Part shown: piece by piece, positions 52,121-60,444 of the stretch
Position numbering within the stretch: the stretch's first letter is position 1
Layout: each line of letters starts with the position of its first letter
Source: Vulcanimicrobiota bacterium
GTDB lineage: Bacteria; Vulcanimicrobiota; Vulcanimicrobiia; Vulcanimicrobiales; Vulcanimicrobiaceae
Reading direction: 5' to 3'
DNA length: 64,000 nucleotides
Assembly (NCBI GenBank): GCA_963714015.1
Contig: OY970223.1
Span: forward strand, 3,072,001 to 3,136,000
Translations under genes and position numbers: made by a program
Notes under the pieces: generated by a model
Seen by the model: the letters and a program-made list of their open reading frames with translations, nothing else
The model's database searches: none
What the model was told of the DNA's origin: nothing

Positions 52121-53514
52121 CCTCCCTTCGCTCTCGGCTCATTACTTGGTATGTGGGCGTTGCAGCCGTAGTCGTTCTCTGCATCGCAGTGCTCGCGACC
52201 GTTGCATCCGCGAGCCTAGCAGCGTATGGCGCGCGCGAAGCCATGGAGACGGCGGCAACCCGTATCGTGCCGCTGATGAACGACTACTCCAGACTGCCCG
52301 AACCGCGTCCCAATCCGCAAGTCTACTTGCAGAGGCGCCTAGCGGCATTTAGCGTCTTCGTTCTCCTTGGCCCACACGAAGGGGGAGGCAAGCCGGCTTA
52401 TGATTTCGGTCCGAGACCCTTTGGCCAAGCGCCGTTGCGGCCGCCTCCCGACGGTGCCGGATTCGGCCCCATGCCAATCCTTGTCCGTCTGCTTGCAATC
52501 GAGCAGCATCCGATAACGGTTGCTTATATCGGCGGAAACGCAACGCTTTTCATCAATCCCATCCGCCTGCGCTCCGTGCTCACGCAGCTGTGGATCATCT
52601 TGGGAATCTTTGCGATTTTCATGATGGCCGCGGCTTGGCGCATTGCCGTCGTCGTTTCCGACAACACGCTGGAACCGCTGCTGCGAACGACGCGGGCGCT
52701 GAACCGGTTTGGTGACGGCGACTTTACACCCGAAGCGGTGAGTACGTCCGATCGCAGCGAGCTTGGAGAACTGGCGCGTGCGTACAATCGCGCCGTCGAA
52801 CAGATCACGCGCGCATTCGGAGAGCGGTCGCGCACTGAAGCCGAGATGCGGCAGTTCGTCGCGGATGCGGGGCATCAACTTCGTACGCCGCTCACCGTGA
52901 TCATGGGCTATCTGAGCGCAATGGCGGCGCGACCGGATACCCCGCACCGCCCCGGCGTCTTCGGCACGATGCTCGCGCAGAGCCGCCGCATGAAATCGCT
53001 GATCGACGATCTGATCACCCTTGCCCGGCTGGAGCATCCCGAAGCGGCACCGCCTCAAATCGTCGACGTGGGCCAATTACTTTCGCGCATCACGGAGTGT
53101 TTCGAGGAAGACTTACGCGATCGAATTCGCATCGGCGCACCATCTGGGCCGTTGTTCGTCCAAGCCAATGGGGAGGATCTGCTTGGTGCGGTCTGCGCCT
53201 TAGTAGACAACGCGCTCAAGTACGGATTGCGCCGCCCGGTGGAAGTAACGGCCGGCCATCGTCTTGGCGACTGCATCATTACCGTAGCGGACCGCGGACC
53301 CGGCATGACCGAGGACGATCTCGCGCACGCGTTCGATCGTTTTTATCGCGGCGCTTCCGGCGAAGGATCTTCCGGAGCGGGCCTGGGCCTTGCGATCATT
53401 CGCAAGAGCGTCGAACGCGCGGGCGGTTCGATCCTGCTGCGCAACCGGGAGGGGGGCGGATTGGAGTGTACGCTGACGTTTCCGATGCAGTCCCAAGCGC
53501 GGCGCGTATCGTGA
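52117..53514 (+). CDS. HAMP-domain sensor histidine kinase
   Basis: Two TMs, HAMP domain, ADAGHQLRTPL (H box), DNALKY, DRGPG and GLGLAI. Confidence 0.92.
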   Translation: MTSLRSRLITWYVGVAAVVVLCIAVLATVASASLAAYGAREAMETAATRIVPLMNDYSRLPEPRPNPQVYLQRRLAAFSVFVLLGPHEGGGKPAYDFGPRPFGQAPLRPPPDGAGFGPMPILVRLLAIEQHPITVAYIGGNATLFINPIRLRSVLTQLWIILGIFAIFMMAAAWRIAVVVSDNTLEPLLRTTRALNRFGDGDFTPEAVSTSDRSELGELARAYNRAVEQITRAFGERSRTEAEMRQFVADAGHQLRTPLTVIMGYLSAMAARPDTPHRPGVFGTMLAQSRRMKSLIDDLITLARLEHPEAAPPQIVDVGQLLSRITECFEEDLRDRIRIGAPSGPLFVQANGEDLLGAVCALVDNALKYGLRRPVEVTAGHRLGDCIITVADRGPGMTEDDLAHAFDRFYRGASGEGSSGAGLGLAIIRKSVERAGGSILLRNREGGGLECTLTFPMQSQARRVS

Positions 53515-53696
53515 CCGCTATTCCGCGGGCGCACGTTCGCCGGCGGAGGCTCGGCCGGATGGCAATAGACTCGCGCGCCTCGGGGCCACGACTCCTTGGA
53601 CTTGAACCATAGGCCGCCGTCCAGCGGCACGTGGATCAGGTATGGAAGTTTGCTCTCCGGATCGGGATTTCGGGCGACGATGAATTCGCTCGACAT
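53515..53696 (-). pseudogene. N-terminal fragment of an ERCC4-domain (Rv2529-like) protein
   Basis: FIVARNPDPESKLPYLIHVPL..GLWFKSKESWPRGARVYCH resembles, from memory, the N-terminus of that family; the frame runs into the antisense of the kinase after about 60 codons. Confidence 0.6.
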
Positions 53697-53731
53697 ATCT
53701 CGACGTTCTTCCGCGGCAACCCGCCGTTACT

Positions 53732-55402
53732 TCAAGGCGTAACGGTAATTTCCGTAGGCGCACCAAGGCCGGCGTTAGAACCGCCAATCGTGCGGATCGG
53801 CGTTGTGTTATCGAGATTGAATTCCTCGATGTCGAAAGTGTTTTGCACCGGAATCTCGGCATAAACACGATCGCCGGAATCCAAAGCAAACGACATCATC
53901 GAAACGCCCGGCAACCTTTGCTGCGGCGACGTGCTGCCGACCGCGTACGAAGTAAACGCGCCATTGACGATCGCGTACAGCACGCCCGAATTGTCCGTCA
54001 AGAGGTTGCTAATCTGAGCGACTCCATAATTCAATGGAGCGACCGTAATGGTTCTGGTAGGGGTTAAAACACCGCTGCCTGAGGGACCGTATTCAACGAT
54101 ATTTGAGTTGCCCCCCGTTATTTGATTGGGCTCCTCTGCAACGAAGACGTCTCCGGAAGAATCCGCCGCCAGCGACGAAATCCAACATTGATTCTGCAGT
54201 GCGATCTGCCGGATGAGCGGAGGATTGACGTACGAATTCGCAGGGAATTTGTCGACGTACACAGGGTCTGGAACGTTACATCCTAATTCGAAGTTGTTTT
54301 CGCCGGCCAGCGCGTAAACGTTCTGGGAAGCATCTACTGCACCAACCCAATCGGGAATCGTACCAATGGGGCTTCCCGAACTCATATAGCGGGCCGAAGA
54401 AGTTGAAATGTTCGGCGCCGGCACAAAGCTTGACCAAAAATCTCCCGAACTGTCCGCGCCGAGCGGTCCCATGACGGCAATGGACCGCAGCGGCGCCACG
54501 TTGCCGTCATCGGTTGAAGTGAATTCGGAGACGTAATTCAGCTCCCGCGGCGAGTCGATTTGGGAACCGGCAAAGATTTGCGCGGTACCTACCGGACCGG
54601 GGCCGATGGCGTACGTGGTTTTGGCATTTGGAAAGTCCGTTGCCGTGACGCTGAATACGAGCGGGCCGGTTGCCGAGCCGTCGTAGGTCCACGTAGTCGA
54701 GAAATCGTTTGCGAATGAGCTGCCCCCTCCGATCATCGACGTTCCTTCGCTGTCTTGCTCGTACGTGTCGATGTAGAAGACCTTCCACGAGGTCTCCGTC
54801 ATGGGAGGGGCCGGAATTATCCCGCCGCTTGCATCGACCCCGACGACGGTCACCGTGGTGTTCATCCACTTGCCCTGCGCAAACGTGTTGGGACTCGCCG
54901 AAATTTGGAGCGACTCTGCCGCGCCGTACAAGGGCAGCGAAAAATAGTTTTGTTGGCCGGCAACGACGTTGACATGCGTATCCGCGCGAATCGCAAGCGG
55001 CGTTCCGGTCCCGTCATTCGTTTCGTAGGTGTACGCTTTTATCGATTCATTCTGCCCTACTGCAGCCTGAACCGTGATGGTGCAGTCGATGTATCCGCCG
55101 CTCGCGACGGTGCAGCCGGGCGTGGAGGCCGAAAGCGGCAGCGGTCCGATCTGGAAGCCGCCCACATATAAGACGAGCGATTTCGTGGCGGGTGAAAGAC
55201 CAGGCGCATCCGGTTCGCTGAACGTGATGACGAGCGCAGCGGTTTGCGATGGGGTCGGTGGGGTTGTGGGCGACGAACTTGCGCTGGGCGAAGGATGGCC
55301 CGACGAAGATGGATTCGGAACGGGCGATGAGCCGCCTCCGCCGCATCCGGCGAACGCCGCAGCGGCGAAGAAAAGGACGGCGCCCAAGGCACGCTTGCGC
55401 AT
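53732..55402 (-). CDS. lipoprotein with Pro/Ser/Thr linker, Ig-like region and C-terminal NHL-like propeller
   Basis: Lipobox AFAGC-GGGG; GNVAPLRSI, LAADSSGDVFV and TPIRTIGGSNAGL segments. Confidence 0.75.
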   Translation of the reverse strand: MRKRALGAVLFFAAAAFAGCGGGGSSPVPNPSSSGHPSPSASSSPTTPPTPSQTAALVITFSEPDAPGLSPATKSLVLYVGGFQIGPLPLSASTPGCTVASGGYIDCTITVQAAVGQNESIKAYTYETNDGTGTPLAIRADTHVNVVAGQQNYFSLPLYGAAESLQISASPNTFAQGKWMNTTVTVVGVDASGGIIPAPPMTETSWKVFYIDTYEQDSEGTSMIGGGSSFANDFSTTWTYDGSATGPLVFSVTATDFPNAKTTYAIGPGPVGTAQIFAGSQIDSPRELNYVSEFTSTDDGNVAPLRSIAVMGPLGADSSGDFWSSFVPAPNISTSSARYMSSGSPIGTIPDWVGAVDASQNVYALAGENNFELGCNVPDPVYVDKFPANSYVNPPLIRQIALQNQCWISSLAADSSGDVFVAEEPNQITGGNSNIVEYGPSGSGVLTPTRTITVAPLNYGVAQISNLLTDNSGVLYAIVNGAFTSYAVGSTSPQQRLPGVSMMSFALDSGDRVYAEIPVQNTFDIEEFNLDNTTPIRTIGGSNAGLGAPTEITVTP

Positions 55403-55521
55403 CAAGAATATAGTTTCGGATTCGTCGAATGAACGCCCTAGCGCGAACCTTCCCGGCGGCCGGTTCTGAGCATCGTGCTGCTTCAGAGGACAGCTCCGCA
55501 TCGGTCATAAATCCCAGCACT

Positions 55522-55872
55522 ATGGTCAAAGACATGGCGTTCATCGCTTATTCGGTTCGCGACGTTCCTGCGGCCACCGCGTTCTATCGTGACGTCGTCG
55601 GCCTCGAGCCGGGAGAGAGCTTCGGCGAGCATTGGGTGGAGTTCAACGTGGGATCCACCGCATTTGGTATAGGCAACGGCGAACCGCTGGGATTCGAGCC
55701 GGGCAAGTCGACCGGAGCATCGTTTGAAGTGGATAACATCAAGGAAATGCGCGAACGGCTCGCCTCGAGCGGCATCCAGGTAACCGAAGTGCATGACTTT
55801 CCGAATTGCGCGGCTTGCTTCGTTACGGACCCGGAAGGCAACAAGTTCGCCCTCCATCAGAAAAAAGCCTAA
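55522..55872 (+). CDS. VOC/glyoxalase family protein
   Basis: VRDVPAATAFYRDVVGL, FEVDNI and TDPEGN..ALHQ motifs. Confidence 0.88.
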   Translation: MVKDMAFIAYSVRDVPAATAFYRDVVGLEPGESFGEHWVEFNVGSTAFGIGNGEPLGFEPGKSTGASFEVDNIKEMRERLASSGIQVTEVHDFPNCAACFVTDPEGNKFALHQKKA

Positions 55873-55915
55873 ACCGGCGTGCGGGAGGACTGGCCAAAGG
55901 TTTTGACGGTGTAGG

Positions 55916-56068
55916 TTAAGCGGCGCGCGCCGGGCGCATCAAAACGACAGCAAAACCCCAGCCGCTTGCCAAACGAGTCCGGACCACGTATCCGCCGGAG
56001 ATTTTTTCATAGACATGGTAGCCTTCACGTAAGGCTTCCGATAGATTCGAAAAAACGACTATTCCCAT
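55916..56068 (-). CDS. small hypothetical protein (50 aa)
   Basis: MGIVVFSNLSEALREGYHVYEKISGGYVVRTRLASGWGFAVV: protein-like beta-rich pattern; fills the gap. Confidence 0.55.
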   Translation of the reverse strand: MGIVVFSNLSEALREGYHVYEKISGGYVVRTRLASGWGFAVVLMRPARAA

Positions 56069-58409
56069 GACTAAACGATATCGCGGGCGAGCCGAGGCCG
56101 GCACTTACACTGCGACAGTTACTCACACACTGCGAGCACGCAAGGCTTTCGGAGACGTCTTTGAGGACCGCATCCGCTATGCGGACGGCGTCTTCCATTT
56201 GCAGGCCGTTCCCCTCGTTCCAGATGGCCTCGCAGGTTTCGCGCGACAGCAGCGCCGTCGCGGCGGCCACAATCTGCGTGCGCTCCAGTTCCTGAGTGCG
56301 ACCTAGCGGCATACGCATCACTTTGCACGCCGACACCGCGGCCCCGCAAAGCTCCACGGCTTGCTTCGGCCGGTTCGCGTTCAGGCACAAGTGTGCGGCG
56401 GTGAGCAGCATCTGAGCCGTCAGCGGGCGCGCGCCCATCGCGTGGGCCAGCAGCAGCGATTCCTTGAGTGTCCCTGCGCATTCGCAAAGATCGCCTTGCG
56501 CGAGCCGTACTTCCGCGATCCCCTGCAACGCCCGTTGAATGCCGAGCGGGTGGCCGGTCTCGCGCGCCGTTTGCAGCGAACGCGCAAGCAGTTCGATCGC
56601 ATGCGGGAGCTCGCCCAATTCCAGGCGGCAGCGCGCTATGTTCGCGGCGATTAGACACTCGCTCCAAACGTCGCCTACTGCGCGCGCGCGGTTCAACGCC
56701 GGTTCAAAGTGCGCAAGTGCTTCCCGCGCCTTCCCTTCGCGCAGCAGCATTTCGCCGGAGTCAATTTCAGGCTGCGCCTGGGCTTCGTCGAAGCACCGGC
56801 GCGCAGCGTCAAAGTCACCCTCCGCTGCAGCAACCCGCCCGCACGCGACGAGCGCCGCGCGGCTCTCTTCGGGAAAGGACGGCCCGCAAGCTTGTGCCAA
56901 ACCGAGCGCCGTTTCCAATCGTGTCCGCGCTTCCCCGTAGGCGCCGGCGCGGTAGTAATACTCGAACAAATCGGAAGCTAGCAAGAGCGCCGTGCGGACG
57001 TCGCGCTTTTCGACGGTCCACGAAAACGCGCAGCGAAGATTCGTCATGTTCTCGCGTAACCGGCGCAGCCACGTCCGCTGCCCGCTGCCGCCCAGATGCG
57101 CGACCGCCTCCGCCGCGTATGCGGCGTACCAGCACGTATGCCGATCCCGCGCGAGCTGTGCGATTTGCGGATCCGCCACGACCCGCGATCCGAAGTCGCG
57201 AATGACGCCCAGCATTTCGAGCCGCGGTTCGCCTTCGCTCGAGAAAGCGCGCTTGAGCAGATTTTTGTCGGCGAGCGCTTCGAGGATGCCTTCCGTCTCG
57301 GCGCCGTCGCAGCCGCTGTCGGTACACGCCGCCAGCACTGCTTCGGCATGACACCCCGCCGGAAGCGACGCTACGCGTAAGAACGCCCGCCGTTCCTCCT
57401 CGCTGAGCGCATCGTAGCTCCACGCGATCGCCGCTTCCATGGTCGAATGGCGTTGTGCGCCGTCGCGATAGCCGTTCGTAAGGACCGTCAGCGGCGCACG
57501 CATACGGTCGCGCAGTTCCGAAAGCGAGATCTTTCCTAGACGCGCCGCTGCAAGCTCGATGGCGAGCGGCAACCCCTCGAGGCAATCCAAAACTTCGGCG
57601 AGCGCGGTTTGATTCTGCTCCGTGACCGAAAAGGTCCGATCGACGCGCTGCGCCGTCTGGACGAATAGCGCTTGTCCATCCGCGGCGGACAGCGGATCGA
57701 GTTGAAACAGCATCTCGCCGCGGACGTGCAGCGGTTCGCGGCTGGTAATGAGCACACTCAAATCGGGGCAGCGCAGGAGCAGATCGACGATGCGCGGGGC
57801 GGCCGCCAGCACGCGTTCAAAGTTGTCCAGCACCAAGAGCATGCGGCGCGGCTCGAGCGACTCCATTACCGCCGTCATCGCGTCGGGGACGGTGGAAACG
57901 TTGAGCGCGGCCGCTATGGCGGCCGGCAGATGTTCGGGCGCAACGACGTGCTCGAGTTCGATAAACTTGTGGCCATCGCAGCGGCGGCAATGCAGCTGCG
58001 TGCTTACCGCACGCGCCAGCGCGGTCTTTCCCACGCCGCCGGGCCCGACGATTGAGATTAAACGTTCGCCCGAAACCAGCGCATCGCACAGATCGCGCAC
58101 TTCGTCGTCCCGGCCGATCAGAGGACGCAGTTCCGCAACGCCGTTATGCACGCTCGCCAGCGACGCCAAACCGCGAACCCGCGGTTTTCCTTGTGCGGCA
58201 ATCTCAAACTCAGCGCGTTCGTCATCCGAGAGACCGAGCGCCGATGCTAAGCGCAAAACGGTGTCCTTGTAAGGACGCGAGCGAGCGCCGCGCTCGAGTG
58301 CGCTGATGGCCTGCACGCTCATGGCGGCGAGCTCCGCAAGCGCTTCCTGCGAGAGCCCCGCTCTAATCCGCCGTTCCTTGAGCAGCTCGGCGAACGTCGG
58401 AGAATGCAT
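56025..58409 (-). CDS. XRE-HTH / NB-ARC-like ATPase / TPR transcriptional regulator
   Basis: RAGLSQEALAE..ISALERG, GPGGVGKT, LLVLDNFE, TSRE, GLPLAIELAAAR and WSY motifs; TPR tail. Confidence 0.88.
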   Translation of the reverse strand: MHSPTFAELLKERRIRAGLSQEALAELAAMSVQAISALERGARSRPYKDTVLRLASALGLSDDERAEFEIAAQGKPRVRGLASLASVHNGVAELRPLIGRDDEVRDLCDALVSGERLISIVGPGGVGKTALARAVSTQLHCRRCDGHKFIELEHVVAPEHLPAAIAAALNVSTVPDAMTAVMESLEPRRMLLVLDNFERVLAAAPRIVDLLLRCPDLSVLITSREPLHVRGEMLFQLDPLSAADGQALFVQTAQRVDRTFSVTEQNQTALAEVLDCLEGLPLAIELAAARLGKISLSELRDRMRAPLTVLTNGYRDGAQRHSTMEAAIAWSYDALSEEERRAFLRVASLPAGCHAEAVLAACTDSGCDGAETEGILEALADKNLLKRAFSSEGEPRLEMLGVIRDFGSRVVADPQIAQLARDRHTCWYAAYAAEAVAHLGGSGQRTWLRRLRENMTNLRCAFSWTVEKRDVRTALLLASDLFEYYYRAGAYGEARTRLETALGLAQACGPSFPEESRAALVACGRVAAAEGDFDAARRCFDEAQAQPEIDSGEMLLREGKAREALAHFEPALNRARAVGDVWSECLIAANIARCRLELGELPHAIELLARSLQTARETGHPLGIQRALQGIAEVRLAQGDLCECAGTLKESLLLAHAMGARPLTAQMLLTAAHLCLNANRPKQAVELCGAAVSACKVMRMPLGRTQELERTQIVAAATALLSRETCEAIWNEGNGLQMEDAVRIADAVLKDVSESLACSQCVSNCRSVSAGLGSPAISFSHGNSRFFESIGSLT

Positions 58410-58975
58410 CAGCAAGCGTACGCGCGTAGGCGTTCGCGCGCAAAGTAGTGCTGATGATATTCCTCTGCCCGGTAGAAGGTCGCGGCCGGTTCGATCTCAG
58501 TCACGATCGGTCTACGGTACGTGCCCCCGGCGACCAGACGATCGCGTGAACTGACGGCGGCCCGGCGCTGCTCGGGCGAATGGATGAAGATGCGTGAGCG
58601 GTATTGCGGCCCGACGTCGTAGCCCTGGCGGTTTGCCGATGTCGGATCGTGGAGACGCCAGAAGCGTTCCAGCAGGTCGCCGTACGTCGTAACGAGCGGA
58701 TCGTACGTCAGCCGTACCACCTCGGCATGCCCGGTGTCTCCGGCACAGATGTCGCGGAAGGTCGGGTTCTCGAGTGAGCCGCCGCAGTAACCGACGGCCG
58801 TTTCGACGACACCCGGCAGAGCCGCGAATGCGGCCTCCAGCGTCCAAAAACAACCGCCGGCAAAGGTCGCCGTGGCCAAGTTCGCCGTGCCGAGATAAGC
58901 CCGTGAGGGGGGCGCCGTCCGCAGTTTTTCCGCCGCCCAAGCTACGTCGTCTTCAGTGATAGGCAGTGTGAGCAT
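58409..58975 (-). CDS. msrA: peptide-methionine (S)-S-oxide reductase
   Basis: [27 protein letters not shown] and FYRAEEYHQ motifs. Confidence 0.93.
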   Translation of the reverse strand: MLTLPITEDDVAWAAEKLRTAPPSRAYLGTANLATATFAGGCFWTLEAAFAALPGVVETAVGYCGGSLENPTFRDICAGDTGHAEVVRLTYDPLVTTYGDLLERFWRLHDPTSANRQGYDVGPQYRSRIFIHSPEQRRAAVSSRDRLVAGGTYRRPIVTEIEPAATFYRAEEYHQHYFARERLRAYAC

Positions 58976-59149
58976 GCTCTAACGGTACTGCGGCGGGCGA
59001 TTCCGGAACAGGAAATTTCTCACATTTTGGTATCTGCCGGGTCCCTACACGCCAATGTGTGGGTGAAGTGTGCGGGTGTCGATGTTTGCCGAACCGCCGT
59101 TGTCCTAGGATGCCGTCATAACCCATCCTCCGCGAAAGGCAAAAGTTCA

Positions 59150-60259
59150 GTGAATCATCGTCTCCTGGCCGCAGCGACGGCCTCAGTTCTGGCGGCGCTC
59201 TCGATGGCCGCCTGCGGCGGCGGCTCTTCGGTTCCGGTCGTGAAGACGACCGCGGTTCCGACCACCACTCCCACCACCGCTCCCAAAGTCAACACTCAGG
59301 CATTGTGGGTCGCAAACGGCGCAAACGTCGTTGAGTTCGGCCCTTCACAGCTGACCGCCACGGTCGGCGATCCCATCCCGCAAGCCGCGATTAACAGCAC
59401 CGTCTTCGGCGCGCCTCAGGGCGTCCAATTCGATGCCAAGGGCGACCTGTGGGTCATAGACGGCGGCACAGTGGCAGCCGGAGGAACCATCGCCCCGGCG
59501 CTGTTCGAGTTCACCCCGCAGCAGCTTGCCCAGTTGCACACGAACGCCACGCCCGCTCCGGCCGCGACGATCCGTTTCAACGGCTTCGTCTTTCCGCAGC
59601 AAGGCGTGTTCGACAAGAACGGCAACTTTTGGGTGACGGATAACGGTGCGAATGCCGTCGACGTGTTCTCCCCCTCGGAACTGGCTGCGGGCGGCGCGAA
59701 CGTCGCGCCGATTGCATCCATCTCGGCCGGCTTTACCGGACCGCTCGGCATCGCCTTCGACGCGATGGGCGATCTGTTCGTCGCCAACAACGGCACGACC
59801 ACGATCTTCGGCTTCAAAGCGAGCAAGCTGCCCGCGAGCGGCAACGCGACGCTGACGCCGGACGTCACGCTCTCGGACGACGGGGCGGGTTCCATTCAGG
59901 GGCCGTGGGCATTGGTCTTCGATCAACGCGGCGATCTCTGGTCCAGCAACGCCAACGCGCCGTTCACACTCGTCGAGTTCAGCTCCTCACAGATCGCCGC
60001 ATCGGGTTCGCCGAGGCCGATCGTGACGCTCAGCCCGACCACCGTTCAAGCCAACTCAACGCTGAACGCGCCGAACGGCATCGCGTTCGACAGCATCGGC
60101 GACCTCGCCGCCATCAGCTCCGCAACGCCTTTCGGCGTCGCAGACTTCGGCTTCGCTCAACTCACCAGCAGCGCGGCGGTGCCTCCCACTGCGTTCATGG
60201 TTGGAACGACGACGACGCTCAACGCTCCGGCCGGCGACGTCTTCGGCGCGAGCTTCTAA
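59150..60259 (+). CDS. NHL-repeat lipoprotein
   Basis: Lipobox SMAAC-GGG; five or more P.G..FD..GDLW(V) repeats. Confidence 0.85.
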   Translation: MNHRLLAAATASVLAALSMAACGGGSSVPVVKTTAVPTTTPTTAPKVNTQALWVANGANVVEFGPSQLTATVGDPIPQAAINSTVFGAPQGVQFDAKGDLWVIDGGTVAAGGTIAPALFEFTPQQLAQLHTNATPAPAATIRFNGFVFPQQGVFDKNGNFWVTDNGANAVDVFSPSELAAGGANVAPIASISAGFTGPLGIAFDAMGDLFVANNGTTTIFGFKASKLPASGNATLTPDVTLSDDGAGSIQGPWALVFDQRGDLWSSNANAPFTLVEFSSSQIAASGSPRPIVTLSPTTVQANSTLNAPNGIAFDSIGDLAAISSATPFGVADFGFAQLTSSAAVPPTAFMVGTTTTLNAPAGDVFGASF

Positions 60260-60444
60260 GCCGCACCGACAATGTTCGGCGATCGCGGGACCCACGTTTC
60301 AGCTAAAAGGAAACGGTGGGCCCCGAGATCCCGACGCTTTGCGAGATCGCGCTCGCAACCGCAGAGGGCGCGATCTCGCAAAAGAACGTCATCTTGGTGA
60401 CGTCGCGTATCGTCCGGTTCGTCGACTCAGCGATGCTGATTGGC

